The notes: generated from the letters alone by a model not told the origin. A stretch of 64,000 nucleotides of DNA from Acanthaster planci (GCF_001949145.1 NW_019091355.1:4971518-5035517); one strand, 5' to 3'; positions 1 through 11,213 are shown, counted from the first letter of the stretch. Translations and numbers: made by a program.

Positions 1-145
1 GCAGACATCAGTCAAGCAGTGTGGGACTTGTCACTTCTTGGCAACCGTGGTGAAGGAAACTGATACCGAAGCACAATTTATTTTTAATGCCAACTTGCAC
101 AAAGGCATTTTTGTGGTTTTTTTGAAAAGGGACCGAGAAAAATAT

Positions 146-295
146 GCCGACTTATACAAAATGACGACTTATAAATGCTGACTTACAAAAGAAATTTTCA
201 ATGGAAATGCGATACAGACGATCGGGACTTTTGTCAAAAGGCCGACTTAGACGATATGACGAGTTACCCAATGCTGACTTAGTCGGAGTTTACTG
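146..295. mobile_element. Right end of a Tc1/mariner (pogo/Tigger-like) non-autonomous element; left end probably outside the window
   Basis: Ends ...GGAGTTTACTG followed by TA (a CAGT..ACTG/TA-type terminus). A subterminal block GCCGACTTA..ATGACGA..TTA..AATGCTGACTTA is duplicated at 146 and 241. Confidence 0.6.
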
Positions 296-397
296 TATGT
301 AAGATAGCTTACATACTGTACAGTTGTACTACGGTCGTATGGTCGTGCATCCTCTGTCGATCTGTATCGGCGAACTAACAGTCCACCCATTCACAGA

Positions 398-477
398 GGT
401 CTTTCAACACTCAATCAAGACCATCCACTGTGCAAGTTAATGCGATCTCACCATGGTCTTTCAACACTCAATCAAGA
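398..477. repeat. Perfect 23-bp direct repeat pair GGTCTTTCAACACTCAATCAAGA
   Basis: Copies at 398-420 and 455-477, separated by 34 bp. Confidence 0.85.
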
Positions 478-2004
478 AATATACATGTAATTATTCTATA
501 AGCAACAATAATCTCAGAATCTATAAACAAGGTTTTCACAATAAAACAGTGTTTTTTAAGTAAAACATGTACAGAAAAAGTTATGTATAATCATATGACA
601 TTATACAACGTACAGCATTAACATGAAATGCATGTATATGAACAGTATGTCAGATCTATTCCTGTCAAAACAAATCTCGCTGGCTGTGTATGATACCTAC
701 AACAGTTCAATTTCAAACCCTAAGACTTTACTTACAGTGCCTTTATCATTACCAGTAAATACTTATCAGACGTTTCATAAATAAACATGTCAATCATCCA
801 ACTGCACTAGTCGGAGTAACTACATAAATTAAGACTCTACAACTTGTCCCTTTTTACATTGAGACATGGTCAGCTAGAGGGTCTGCTCATTTGACATTAC
901 AGTCATGTTTTTCCTACAAGTGGCTGCTAAAACTATGGGCCTAGTTGGCTGTTGGTGCCAAAGTAAAAGAATTTTTGCGATGTATAAAAAATCTTAATAA
1001 TATATACGTACTACTGAATACTTTATGAGAATACAACCCAATTTAAAATTAATGGGACAAATGTTCCTATAATTGAACGAATTACAGGTAGAATAAAAAA
1101 CCAATCTAAAGGTGATAGGCCTATTTCGGAAAACTTTGGCCACCCATACAAGTTTCAGGTAAAATGAGAGTGGTCTATAAGAAAGTCCCGGCATGTTTTG
1201 GCATTTAATGTTTGTGGAATCCTCGTTAGCCATAATTGAGATTCAGCCCTTGGTTTTGACACCTTACGTACGTATTTCAGCAAAATGCGGTTAGTTTTGC
1301 TCGATTGATTGAAATCAATAACATTCTTTGAAAAACAAAAGAATCATTGATTTTTTTTTTCTAACTCAGGTTGGGAAAAAAAATTGGCGATATAAAGCAA
1401 TATTGCTAATATCATTCCATGCAATTTGATTTCAGCTGTACAGGTTTGCGGTACTCAACGTGTCGGACAGTATGCTCTGTTCATCAGGATTTTCTTTAAA
1501 AAAAATGAGATGATTCTGTTTTTGAGACTTGTATCATGAGGACCCAATCATGATATTGTCAACTCACATACTTGGTGCAGTTGCTGTTTCTGCCATTAAG
1601 TGAACTCACTGACGTGATGCAGACATATCCGGCTTTCACCCTAGAACTATGGGGCTTGTCGTTTGGCCTCTCAGAACAAGCCCCTTAGTTCTTGGGTCAA
1701 TCTGGACTCATCCACTAGGCCAAGGGGGCACTTCGAATTGGAGTTAGAATCAAGCTTTACCAAATCATGTGACATTTTTGTGCTATGTAGGCATATATTT
1801 TGTGCACACTGCCGTCGATTAGAGAGGGAAAACACTAAGCATGACCAGAAAAAAAACGACTTGCTTATAGGTGTGGTTTTTATTGAAAGCTTTTGCCGGT
1901 GTTTTTTATTATTTTTTATATATTTTTCTTTTCCCCATATCCTTTTCAAATGACCAGTTTCGAGGGCCCTGAATCGTTCATCATTTTGGAGAGGAGCAGG
2001 ATTG

Positions 2005-2094
2005 ATGCAAAGTGTTGTCTTCCGCCCCGTTACCATGGCAACAGACCGGCCAGTTGAGGCAAACATCAGGAGGAAGCTGACAGAGATGTTTCAG
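2005..2094 (+). CDS. BOLA1: BolA-like protein 1, first recognisable coding exon (MQSVVFRPVT-MATDRPVEANIRRKLTEMFQ); start could be ATG 2005, ATG 2035, or an upstream exon splicing into the acceptor at 1956-1957
   Basis: Translation resembles the BOLA1 N-terminal helix (PVE..IR.KL). It ends CAG|GTTTGT at 2094/2095 in phase 0. ATG 2035 has a good ACCATGG context. A pyrimidine tract plus AG at 1956-1957 keeps the frame open from 1960, with an in-frame TGA at 1951. Confidence 0.8.
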
Positions 2095-2194
2095 GTTTGT
2101 GAGTGAGACTTGGTTAGGAAGGAGTTGAGGTAGTACTAAATCTGCCTGTTCAAGTAGTCAGTTGGTTCTTTTCACATCCATTTTCTTCTTGATG

Positions 2195-3328
2195 CAGGGC
2201 TCGAAAATAACGGGCACAGGTAGCTAAAATGCACCCGTTTGTCTCAGAAATGCACCCGTAAATCATAAAGACAGGTGCAAGCCCATCTGATTCCATTGTT
2301 GTAGTGAAGAATACATGTACCTGAACATTTTCACCCTTTGTTTCTACTTTTGTCATGAAAAATACCTGAACTTTTTGACTTCACTTTGGATCATCCTTGT
2401 CATGGAACCATAACACGGTACAATTTTTTTTACGGTGTCACTGAGCCCCCGCCGCAGTCTTGCATGCAATGCATGCACACACATGAACATACTTACCTAC
2501 CTGTTTTACATACAAAGTGTGGACATTCCTTTGTTCTTCTGTGGTTAAGAAAACTTGATGAAAATGCTCCTGTTTCTCCAACCAGGATAACTCCTTCAAG
2601 CTGGATTTTTAATAATGAGTTCCTGGAGGGTTCCTCTTCATTTTGCCATGGATAACCTTCACCCCAAAATGCCTCTGAAACTGGTTTTCAGAGAGGGGAA
2701 AATATTGTGTGGACGTGTGCGAGTCCACTCAACGCCATCGCACCCTACATTATGTGGACTTCTTTTGTGCAGAGGTCCACACTGTACTCCACACCTGCAC
2801 ACACACATACCCACGGCCAGTGTCACGATCTTGCTGAATGGTCTCCACAGTGGCCGTGTCTGAATTGATACGGATGGAATTTACTCACGATTGTATGAAA
2901 ACTGGCCGCGACCACAACCTCTTACACTCGTGCGTAAATTCAAGCCAAACGAGTGGATTCAGCTTAGACTTTCGCCGGTACCAGTCATAGCTTGAACATG
3001 TGGTTTTGAAGGCTGCTCAAAAACAGCTGAAACCCGCCAAAAGTCTCAGCCTAATTCACTCGTTTGAAAACCGGGCGATTGCTGCAGTTAGGTCCCTTTT
3101 ACGTCTGTGTGCATATGCACGTTACAAAGGCCCGCTGCCCAACTGTTGGCATCGCGGCACTAAGCACAAACTCAAAGCAACTGCAAGGACCTGGGTCTTT
3201 GCTTTTTTTTTCTTGAACATATGTCTTTTAATATTGTATGGAAGCTACTTGCTCCCGTCAACTGACAAATTCAACTGTTTAGGGAGCAATACTTGCTCCC
3301 CTGATGATTAGCCCAATTTCGAGCCCTG
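2195..3328. mobile_element. Non-autonomous hAT-like DNA transposon, 1134 bp, in BolA intron
   Basis: Perfect 12-bp TIR CAGGGCTCGAAA...TTTCGAGCCCTG flanked by TGATG on both sides (2190-2194, 3329-3333). Subterminal repeats AAATGCACCCGT x2 on the left and TACTTGCTCCC x2 on the right. No transposase ORF. Confidence 0.85.
2946..3066. repeat. Imperfect ~35-bp inverted repeat (MITE-like remnant) nested within the hAT-like element
   Basis: CAAACGAGTGGATTCAGCTTAGACTTT at 2946 pairs with AAAGTCTCAGCCTAATTCACTCGTTTG ending at 3066. Confidence 0.65.
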
Positions 3329-3484
3329 TGATGTACAGAAAAATAGAATGATAGTTTCATTAAAAGTTGGGAAAAAATATAAATTGTTTTACATCAGCCA
3401 GAATTTCATTTCCTGTTCAACTTGAAGCTCGGATTATATGAATTAATATCTTGCCACAGTCATAATTAATGTGAAGCTGTAAGA

Positions 3485-3651
3485 GCTGATTTAAATCGAA
3501 TTATTTAGTACTTGAATATTCAACATTCCATTCAATTGCATGTTTGGGTATTCGGTTACATGAATACCAAATTCCCCCAAACTTTCCCGAATTCTCAAAA
3601 GAGTGAATATTTGAATTCTTGGTGTTCAATCAAATATTTGTCACATCCCTA
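3485..3651. mobile_element. Degenerate right end of a hAT-like element
   Basis: Cluster of GAATA(T/C)/TATTC words ending in CACATCCCTA (TAGGGATG-type terminus). No matching left end was found. Confidence 0.4.
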
Positions 3652-3799
3652 GAAGCTACGTAATATGCAGTTTTGTTAATTGTTATGATTGAAAAAAAGA
3701 GTTTTGTGACATCAAATATTTGACTGAGAGGAAATATAAAGCAAGTCACATTCCACAAACCTTCAGCTCCATTTGTCCCGTCATTTTACTGTTGCGCAG

Positions 3800-3985
3800 C
3801 CTGTCCACCTCGACGTCATCAATGAGAGCTCTATGCACAACGTTCCCCGGGGCTCAGAGACACACTTCAAAGTGGTGGTTATCTCCGAGAGGTTTGATAA
3901 GGAGAGCCTGATCAAACGGCACCGTCTCGTTAACGAGGCTCTGAAGGATGAGTTGGATGGACCCGTCCACGCTCTATCCATACAG
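3800..3985 (+). CDS. BOLA1: BolA-like protein 1, core exon (PVHLDVINESSMHNVPRGSETHFKVVVISERFDKESLIKRHRLVNEALKDELDGPVHALSIQ)
   Basis: Contains BolA family motifs NES..H.VP.GSETHF, RHRLV and GPVHAL.IQ. Bounded by gcgcag| and |gtaag; 186 nt, phase 0-0. Confidence 0.95.
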
Positions 3986-4121
3986 GTAAGAACATCCTGA
4001 ATCGTTTTGAGATCAAGATGTTGTGGTTTACTGAGGCTGTATCCCTCCTGTTTATTATCTCCCCAGTGCAATAGCATTTGGCAAAAATACATGTTACTCA
4101 TCAGACTGGAACTGATTAGTC

Positions 4122-4215
4122 GACTCTGGCAAGCTCAGTGGTTAAGCAGTAAGACATCATGGGTTCGAGTCCCACCCAAGGGAACTTGTGATTTTTTTTT
4201 CTTTTTTTCTGTTTT
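4122..4215 (+). mobile_element. tRNA-derived SINE head (Pol III A/B boxes), decayed
   Basis: A-box-like AGCTCAGTGGTTAAG (4132-4146) and B-box GGGTTCGAGTCCC (4161-4173), followed by a T-rich run. The anticodon arm is missing, so this is not a tRNA gene. Confidence 0.6.
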
Positions 4216-4537
4216 TCACAAGCCTTTTGAACAACATGAGAACACAGCTTTTATAGATACATGTCCGTGAAAGGCAAAACACCAAATTAAAATGTACATG
4301 GAACTACTGGGAGTTGAATGGCGGTGGCGTCGAATGAATTGTAAATTTTTGGCCATGATTTCTGCCCACCACAGAGAAAATAGAAATGACCGGTGCTGTC
4401 TGGAGTGAAAATCGGGTGTCTGAAACAACTTGATACAAAGAAACAAGCTCACTATTTACCTGTACACCTGAAGGGTAAATATTAAATTCCATTTTCAACT
4501 TGTGTATTTGTTTTTGCGTATGTGTACTTCTCCACAG

Positions 4538-4642
4538 GCCAAGACCCCTGCCCAGTGGAACCAGAATGCCAGTGTCAGCAAATCCCCACCTTGTCTGGGT
4601 GGAATGGCCAGGGAGCAAGCACAGAAGGACCAGGCGAGGTGA
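4538..4642 (+). CDS. BOLA1: BolA-like protein 1, last coding exon (AKTPAQWNQNASVSKSPPCLGGMAREQAQKDQAR*)
   Basis: Acceptor ttctccacag|. The A.TP.QW and SPPCLGG motifs are typical of BOLA1/BolA_H proteins. TGA at 4640-4642. Confidence 0.93.
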   Translation, partial: AKTPAQWNQNASVSKSPPCLGGMAREQAQKDQAR

Positions 4643-4930
4643 CATCCACAAGCTGTGGGTGGCGTGGCCGAGGAACAAGCACTAAAGGATCAGGTAAAGA
4701 CACATCAGCTGGGGTGTGGCCAGGGAACAAGCACAAAAACATAGAGGCCAGGGCAAATGACATCCACAAGCTGTGGGTGGTGTGGCCGAGGAACAAGCAC
4801 AAAAGGATCAGGTAAAGACACATCAACTGGGGTGTGGCCAGGGAACAAGCACAAAAACATAGAGGCCAGGGCAAAGGATATCCTCGAGCTGTGGATGGAG
4901 TGGCCCGGGAAAAGGCATAAAAAAGACCAG
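4597..4930 (+). repeat. Six-unit tandem repeat (54-64 bp units, 118-bp dimeric period) derived from the BolA C-terminal coding end
   Basis: Units start at 4597, 4657, 4711, 4775, 4829 and 4893, sharing GGGTG..TGGCC...GGA(A/G)CAAGCAC. Offsets 4657-4775-4893 and 4711-4829 are exactly 118 bp. Confidence 0.92.
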
Positions 4931-5014
4931 TTAATGTATACCCAGCAAGATATGGGATAGAGGGGTACCCCCCCCACATGTCCAATCCCTACACACATTC
5001 TAGACTATTGTTAC

Positions 5015-5505
5015 NNNNNNNNNNNNNNNNNNNNNNNNNNNNNNNNNNNNNNNNNNNNNNNNNNNNNNNNNNNNNNNNNNNNNNNNNNNNNNNNNNNNNN
5101 NNNNNNNNNNNNNNNNNNNNNNNNNNNNNNNNNNNNNNNNNNNNNNNNNNNNNNNNNNNNNNNNNNNNNNNNNNNNNNNNNNNNNNNNNNNNNNNNNNNN
5201 NNNNNNNNNNNNNNNNNNNNNNNNNNNNNNNNNNNNNNNNNNNNNNNNNNNNNNNNNNNNNNNNNNNNNNNNNNNNNNNNNNNNNNNNNNNNNNNNNNNN
5301 NNNNNNNNNNNNNNNNNNNNNNNNNNNNNNNNNNNNNNNNNNNNNNNNNNNNNNNNNNNNNNNNNNNNNNNNNNNNNNNNNNNNNNNNNNNNNNNNNNNN
5401 NNNNNNNNNNNNNNNNNNNNNNNNNNNNNNNNNNNNNNNNNNNNNNNNNNNNNNNNNNNNNNNNNNNNNNNNNNNNNNNNNNNNNNNNNNNNNNNNNNNN
5501 NNNNN
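5015..5505. other. Assembly gap (491 N)
   Basis: Run of N. Confidence 0.99.
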
Positions 5506-5617
5506 GAACTCGTCGCAATTTTCTTGAAATCGATTTTAGGAATCATCTTAAGTTGCGATGGATAACCCATCGCAACTTAAGATACGATCGATCGTAGCCT
5601 TTGGTGAAATCGGCCCC
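5506..5617. mobile_element. Right end of a palindrome-rich MITE (PIF/Harbinger-like terminus), truncated by the assembly gap
   Basis: Ends TTTGGTGAAATCGGCCCC. It contains a perfect 17-bp stem (5545-5561 with 5567-5583) and the palindrome TACGATCGATCGTA, and it abuts the N-gap. Confidence 0.6.
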
Positions 5618-8600
5618 AGGTTCATGAACAAAAGAACGTTATATAACACCACACAATCTGGGCTCTTTTTACAAGGCTACAGGCCTGGCTTAAATTCTCG
5701 GGTGTCAATAGCTTTTGTTTGTCAGGCTAGAGTGACCACCAGACAGTAATTCGGGTGGGTGTAAACATTCATTAAATGAAATGAATATTTGAAGAATTTT
5801 GAAAACCTAGAATCTGGAAAATCGCCCGTATGTGTGCAAAGCATGCCATTTTTCCTACCACCCGGCAGCAAGTGGTTAACAAAGCATTGATGTCTTGCAG
5901 GGCAAACATGCAATGCATGGAGTTTACAGATTTGTGGTGTTTATAGTTTGGAATGTGAACAGCCAGTTTTTATTTGAATGCATGGTTTTGGCAATTTGGT
6001 ATTTTGGACACCAGCTCCAAAAATCGCTTTCATCTGTTAACATTTAATAAGAACTGAAACATTGATCCAAGTGAGCATGATTTGTAAAGATGAAGTATCT
6101 CTGTACAGTATTGTTTCTGTTTGCAATGTAACTTGTATGGGTGGTCTCAGATCTTAAAGTTACTATTGAATCTTGCACAGTAGTTGCTTCCTGTTGTAAC
6201 TGGCAGTATCTGGGAAATACAAGCTTGTCTGTGGTAACTCAAGCCACTTGCCTCTGACTACCTTACGAACTTGTGTTGTTTCCAGCCGCAGTCGCAACTT
6301 TGGAACAAGCTTTGGCCTCAAAAAAGAACAAAAAGACATCCCAGTTTTCTCTAATGGTAGCATTGGTTTATTACCGTCTGTCAAAACAGATTTTGTTCTC
6401 ATCTTTAAACGTAACTGTACATCCCTCTCTTGAACTATACAAGAAAAAGAAAGCTCCTTGTGAATTTACATCACCATGGTGGGCTGTAATCCGGCCATCT
6501 TGGAAAAAGAGGTGAATCAACATTACATGTCCATGTGACCAGCTATGTAACAATTTCACATGTTGATATCGAACTGGCTAATTGTGATACAGCCTGAAAG
6601 TATTCATGTCCTGAGAAGTATTTCTATTTTTGGTGTGGGCAAACAAAGTGTACAACCAAAATACTGCTTACTCAATTCTGCACCAGAATATTATCACGGA
6701 CCCATCAACCCCAAATCTTTCACCCGTCGGAGTATGGAGGACGGTTGGGGTCACCAATACATGGATGGCTTAGCACCATGATATGTCCAGTGAGATGTCC
6801 AGAGTTTGGAAAGAGTTTCCTGATTCTTTCTTAAAATTCCAATTGTCTTGTTCTTTGATCATCTTAAGGCAAGATTACATGTACAAGCAACTTAGTGTCT
6901 CATCTCTCTACTTTCTCGCCATAATTTTTTTGTAATTTTCCCCCATTTTTTTTAACAAAAAGCAGTCTCTGTATTTACAATAAATTACACAGTTTTAAAT
7001 ACTGAATATATGATGCGGTCTTATGTGATGGCTTGGGATTTTCAAATGAAACACCAGCAGGCTGCATTTGCTGAATACAGGAAAAGCCCTACTGATTCTC
7101 TCTAAGATGTTATTTTAAAACAAAGACCAAAGGTTGGCATAAATTTGCATAAAACCCATGATTTTTTTTTTCTATCACATTTCCTCAGTGTGATCAATGC
7201 TAGTAAAACCATCAAGAATTGACCGGCAGAGCAAATACACATGCGAATCTTTATGTTTTGTAATGGTTCGTGTATGTGTAATAAGTAAACCTTAGTTCAA
7301 ATTTGTCCTTTTATCTGTCCGAAGCTTTGATGATCAACTTTAGTCTCTAAAAGCATCACTTTCACCAATTCACGACAGCACGACTTATTTGGAATTTGAG
7401 ATTTTTTCCGAGACCCATTACATCATAAGACTTAACTATGTTGAGTGCAACCTGGCAAAATTGCAACAATAGAGGGCACTGTAAACAGAATCTGAGTTAC
7501 ATTTGAACACTTCCAAAAAATTAAACATCCAATTATTAATCCAGTTACAAATCCCAACTGAAATACATGTAAAAATGTCCAGGCATTGAGGAGACAGTTC
7601 CTTTCATTTGGAGAGTCGGGACAACGTCATGGAAAAATATTTGTCCCCATAACATTCTGATCCCAACAACGTGTTTCAACCATTGAACACCTCTTGTTCA
7701 CACAACTATGAATAAGTATCACACCCCCCCCCAAGTACTCAGTGTAAACTAATAAAACAGCGCCCTCCACTGAAATTAGCCAGTCACATTTTCAACATCT
7801 AATGTTAGAAGAAAACACACAGTCCAGTCAGCCTTTAGGGAATCGGACGATTTCAGTAAGAAAACACTTCCTTAAATATACATACTTCTACTTGACACAT
7901 TTACCAAACAGTGCAATAATTCACATCACTGATTCCTTGTATCGGTATCTGTTTACCAGACAGAAAAATGGGATTTATACTCCGGAATCTGACTGAAAGT
8001 TTGTCAGAAACAAATCATTTTGTGTGATTTAAAGTGTGACAAATAAAAATCTCATAGAAATTTCATGCCCCGCTCAGATAAACGTTTCTGAATGAGGTGC
8101 ACTGTAAAAATTTAAAACAAAACAAATTCTGAAAGATGCAGGACTTCTAGACAAAGACCCTGAAAGTACAAGTTTTCCTTTCAATAAAAACTCTTAGAAT
8201 CAAGCGCCCAATTTTTGAAAAGACAGCAGAAAGAACATCTCAACAGTAACAAAAAAATAAACACTGGAAAATTTGTCTGTCAAAAAAAGAAATGTCCAAA
8301 CTAATCATTAATATTTTTTAATTAAAATAAAAGTCCTCTCGTGTATGACTCTGAATACATTTAAACTTCTTATATACAAAGATATGCAGGCTTTGTTTAA
8401 ATTTTTTTTCATTTATACATCTCGAGATTCCACAGCTATTTTGAGCTTCATGATTGTAACGCCGCCTACTAACACCAGCAAATCAGGAAATGCAGATTTT
8501 AGTCAAGATTTTAGATAAAAGTTCTACGTTATGTTCAAACTTATGCAATGTGTTCAAATCATCCCACTCTCTTTCCTTGTTCCAGTGTTCATATGCCAAG

Positions 8601-9353
8601 CCTTACAAATTCTTATAAAGCCAAAAAGTCAACTTTTTTCCAAAAGCATGAACATAAATAAAAATCACTTGACCTTTGTCAACTTGCCACAATGTCTGTA
8701 TATATACCCAGCATAAATGCAGCTTGGGCCCGTGAGGGAAAATTTATTGTTCTTGAGCGGCCACAAAAGAAGCTTGACTTCAGAGTCGGCATCCACAGAA
8801 GTGTCAATGTGATGACTGCATGAGTTCAACCCAACACTGGCTTTCACTGCTGACTGTGCTACGGGTCTAGCGCCCTCTGTTGACATTATTTCAGGAGGCT
8901 GAGACAAAGGCTATCCTTGGGTATCAACCAGACTTGAGAACTGAACGATTCCTTCATGCTGAGGGAATGAGACAGGGTGTGTTCTTTTTCCCAAGCAGTT
9001 ATGTCTTGGCCCAGTTCCCAGCCACCTCCAAATCCCGGCTTGGTTGTGGGACCTGTCCTGTTAGGTGCAAAGCTCTCCCGTCATCTGCAATCTCTTAGTG
9101 GAAAATGCGGGTAGGGACAAGACCCTTGACAATCGGCTCTACTCCGGAGTGATCACAATACAGTTCCTTCATCATCAGCTGATAAGCAAGATTTCCCTTT
9201 GGGAGACCCTGACATGACCTGAATGGCCAAGCTGAGCTTTGCTCATGTGCATACACTTTAGAAGCTGACATGCTCCGGGCACTTTTTCAAACTGAATAGT
9301 TTGAGTTCTGAGCACATAGTGTTCAACACTTTGGTCCAACCAGCTGCACGAGA

Positions 9354-9381
9354 CTACTTGTTGGCCGCGTTGCACTGCAAT
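9354..9381 (-). CDS. RASGEF1B: RasGEF1-family probable last coding exon (K-LQCNAANK*)
   Basis: Nearest strong acceptor (ttctactcttattctacag|) in a compatible phase. It gives a short tail like vertebrate RASGEF1 proteins; TAG at 9354-9356. Too short to confirm by homology. Confidence 0.72.
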
Positions 9382-9676
9382 CTGTAGAATAAGAGTAGAA
9401 CCAGCATCTGGTTAGTCTTTGTTTCAAGCAATGCGAGTACTTCACTAGATTAGATTTCAAGTGTGAAGCAACAAAGCGGGTGAAGTTGACAAGCAGACGC
9501 CATTTTGCCCAGGAAAATCAGACAATCGGATTGAGTGGTAAGTTCATGCAAATTACAGACAGCTTAAATCTAAGCATCCAATCAAATCCTCTGCCACCAA
9601 CAACAACAAAAAAATTTTTAACTACAGAACTGGGCCTGACCATGATTTCTAGGGGCAGAAAGTTTGGAGGACTTAC

Positions 9677-9749
9677 TTCAGCGTCTTGTACTGCTCTCTC
9701 TCATAGTTTGTTTCAGGTCCTTCACTCTCGTACGATGCCAAGTAAAGTG
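9677..9749 (-). CDS. RASGEF1B: RasGEF1-family exon (SLYLASYESEGPETNYEREQYKTL)
   Basis: LYLASYESEGPE motif. Bounded by ttttctcacag| and |gtaagt; 73 nt, phase 1-2. Confidence 0.94.
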
Positions 9750-10140
9750 CTGTGAGAAAAATAATACTACATTAACCAACGCTTTGTCAAGATCAACTCA
9801 TGAATTATTCATAACTTTTTCCCAACAAGTTTGTAATCAGAGATTTATGTCAGTCATATTTCTGTTGTACTCACTCACTTTTTGATGAAATTCAAATAAT
9901 TCAGAAGAAAAACCCTACTCTGTTCAGGATTTTAATATGGATTTTCCAGGAATACAAAATGTCATTCACCACTTTGGAAACATTAGCTTTGATAAGATAA
10001 CACAGTGACGTAACAGAAGTATCTGAACGACAGCGTTCTGGGGCTCCATCCAAATCAGCTGTTAGCTCATCTGGCTTTGCGCAGTTGTCTAGATTGGTCA
10101 CAGAAAGTCTACAAGAAGTGCAACTTCAGTGTGTGCTTAC

Positions 10141-10264
10141 AATTTTCTGAGAATACAGGTGCTGTGAGAAGATAGTTGAGGCCTTGCCGGTCCCTTGGGT
10201 ACGGGCATTCCACCTGCTTCCATGTCATGAATTCCGTCACTTGCTTTGCCGTTTGCCAAAATTT
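10141..10264 (-). CDS. RASGEF1B: RasGEF1-family exon (KFWQTAKQVTEFMTWKQVECPYPRDRQGLNYLLTAPVFSEN)
   Basis: KFW..AKQV.EFMTWKQVECP motif. Bounded by ctgcag| and |gtaag; 124 nt, phase 0-1. Confidence 0.95.
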
Positions 10265-11213
10265 CTGCAGGAGGAGGAAATCCAAAATAATAACTTATCA
10301 TTACCATTGCAGGTCTTGTCAAGGGCACTGCATCGGTTATGTGCTGGTAAATTGGATGGGGAGATGTCACATGATTCATGTCAGCTGCTGATTGCATATC
10401 ACATGACTCAGAGCAAGCATGCCATTGGTTGCTTGGCTGTGTATTTGATTGGTGTGTCACAGTGCAATTTGCAGACTTGAACAACAGAAACGTGTGCCTA
10501 TGCTGCCTTTGCAATCAATTGAAAAAGTGGCACTTGACCAAATATCTTGTTGATGACTTTCGGGTGGGAAAAAGAACAACAGATCTAATGGAAACTTTTG
10601 CAAAAACATGAAAAAGGGATGGACAACTAGCGATGGAAGGGAAGTGGCGATTGATTACCATTATCCGCTATTAAAATCTGCTGCATATGTGGCCTTAAGC
10701 ATTTGGTATGAGTCAACAGCCCAACTGTCAAAAATTGACACATTCACATTACTCATATTTCTGCTCGGGTTTATTTAGGGCACGACTGATCCAGAGGTCG
10801 GAGTGGTTAGCCGTTAATTTCAACCTAAACAAAAACTGCGCTTTCACATTTTTGCCGGCATTGACAAACCACAAATTAGGCTGTTGAATTCTCATCCTTG
10901 AAGTCATAAGTCCACTCACACTCATAAATATCTTTGGTGTCGAAAATTAAACACAAAACTTTAACCCGTGGTCAATATCTCCAAACTGGAGGTCATGCCA
11001 GCTAAATGCCAAGTACAACGCATATTTTGGGGGGGCCAGGCACCTTAACCCACACCTCTTGTCAAGCAATAAAAATTGTGTGTACTTCAGGCTAGGGTTC
11101 AGCGATAAACATGCAAATAAAAGGATGTTTGGCTAGGCCCATCTGGCGTGTTAAAGGGATTTGTGAAATTCGCTGCAAGACATTTCAGTGTTTCAGAGGC
11201 CTTTGCAACCCAC

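Noticed and set aside
398..477. 23-bp direct repeats with a 34-bp spacer resembling a CRISPR unit
   Set aside because: Only two copies, no cas genes, and an intron-containing eukaryotic context; a local duplication is sufficient.
4122..4180. tRNA gene
   Set aside because: A and B boxes are present, but the spacing is too short for an anticodon arm and there is no acceptor stem; treated as a SINE head.
4640..4642. TGA as selenocysteine
   Set aside because: The position does not align with a conserved BolA cysteine and I could not identify a SECIS element.
4978..5570. Long ORFs over the N-runs (also 12838-13735)
   Set aside because: Artefacts of translating assembly gaps.
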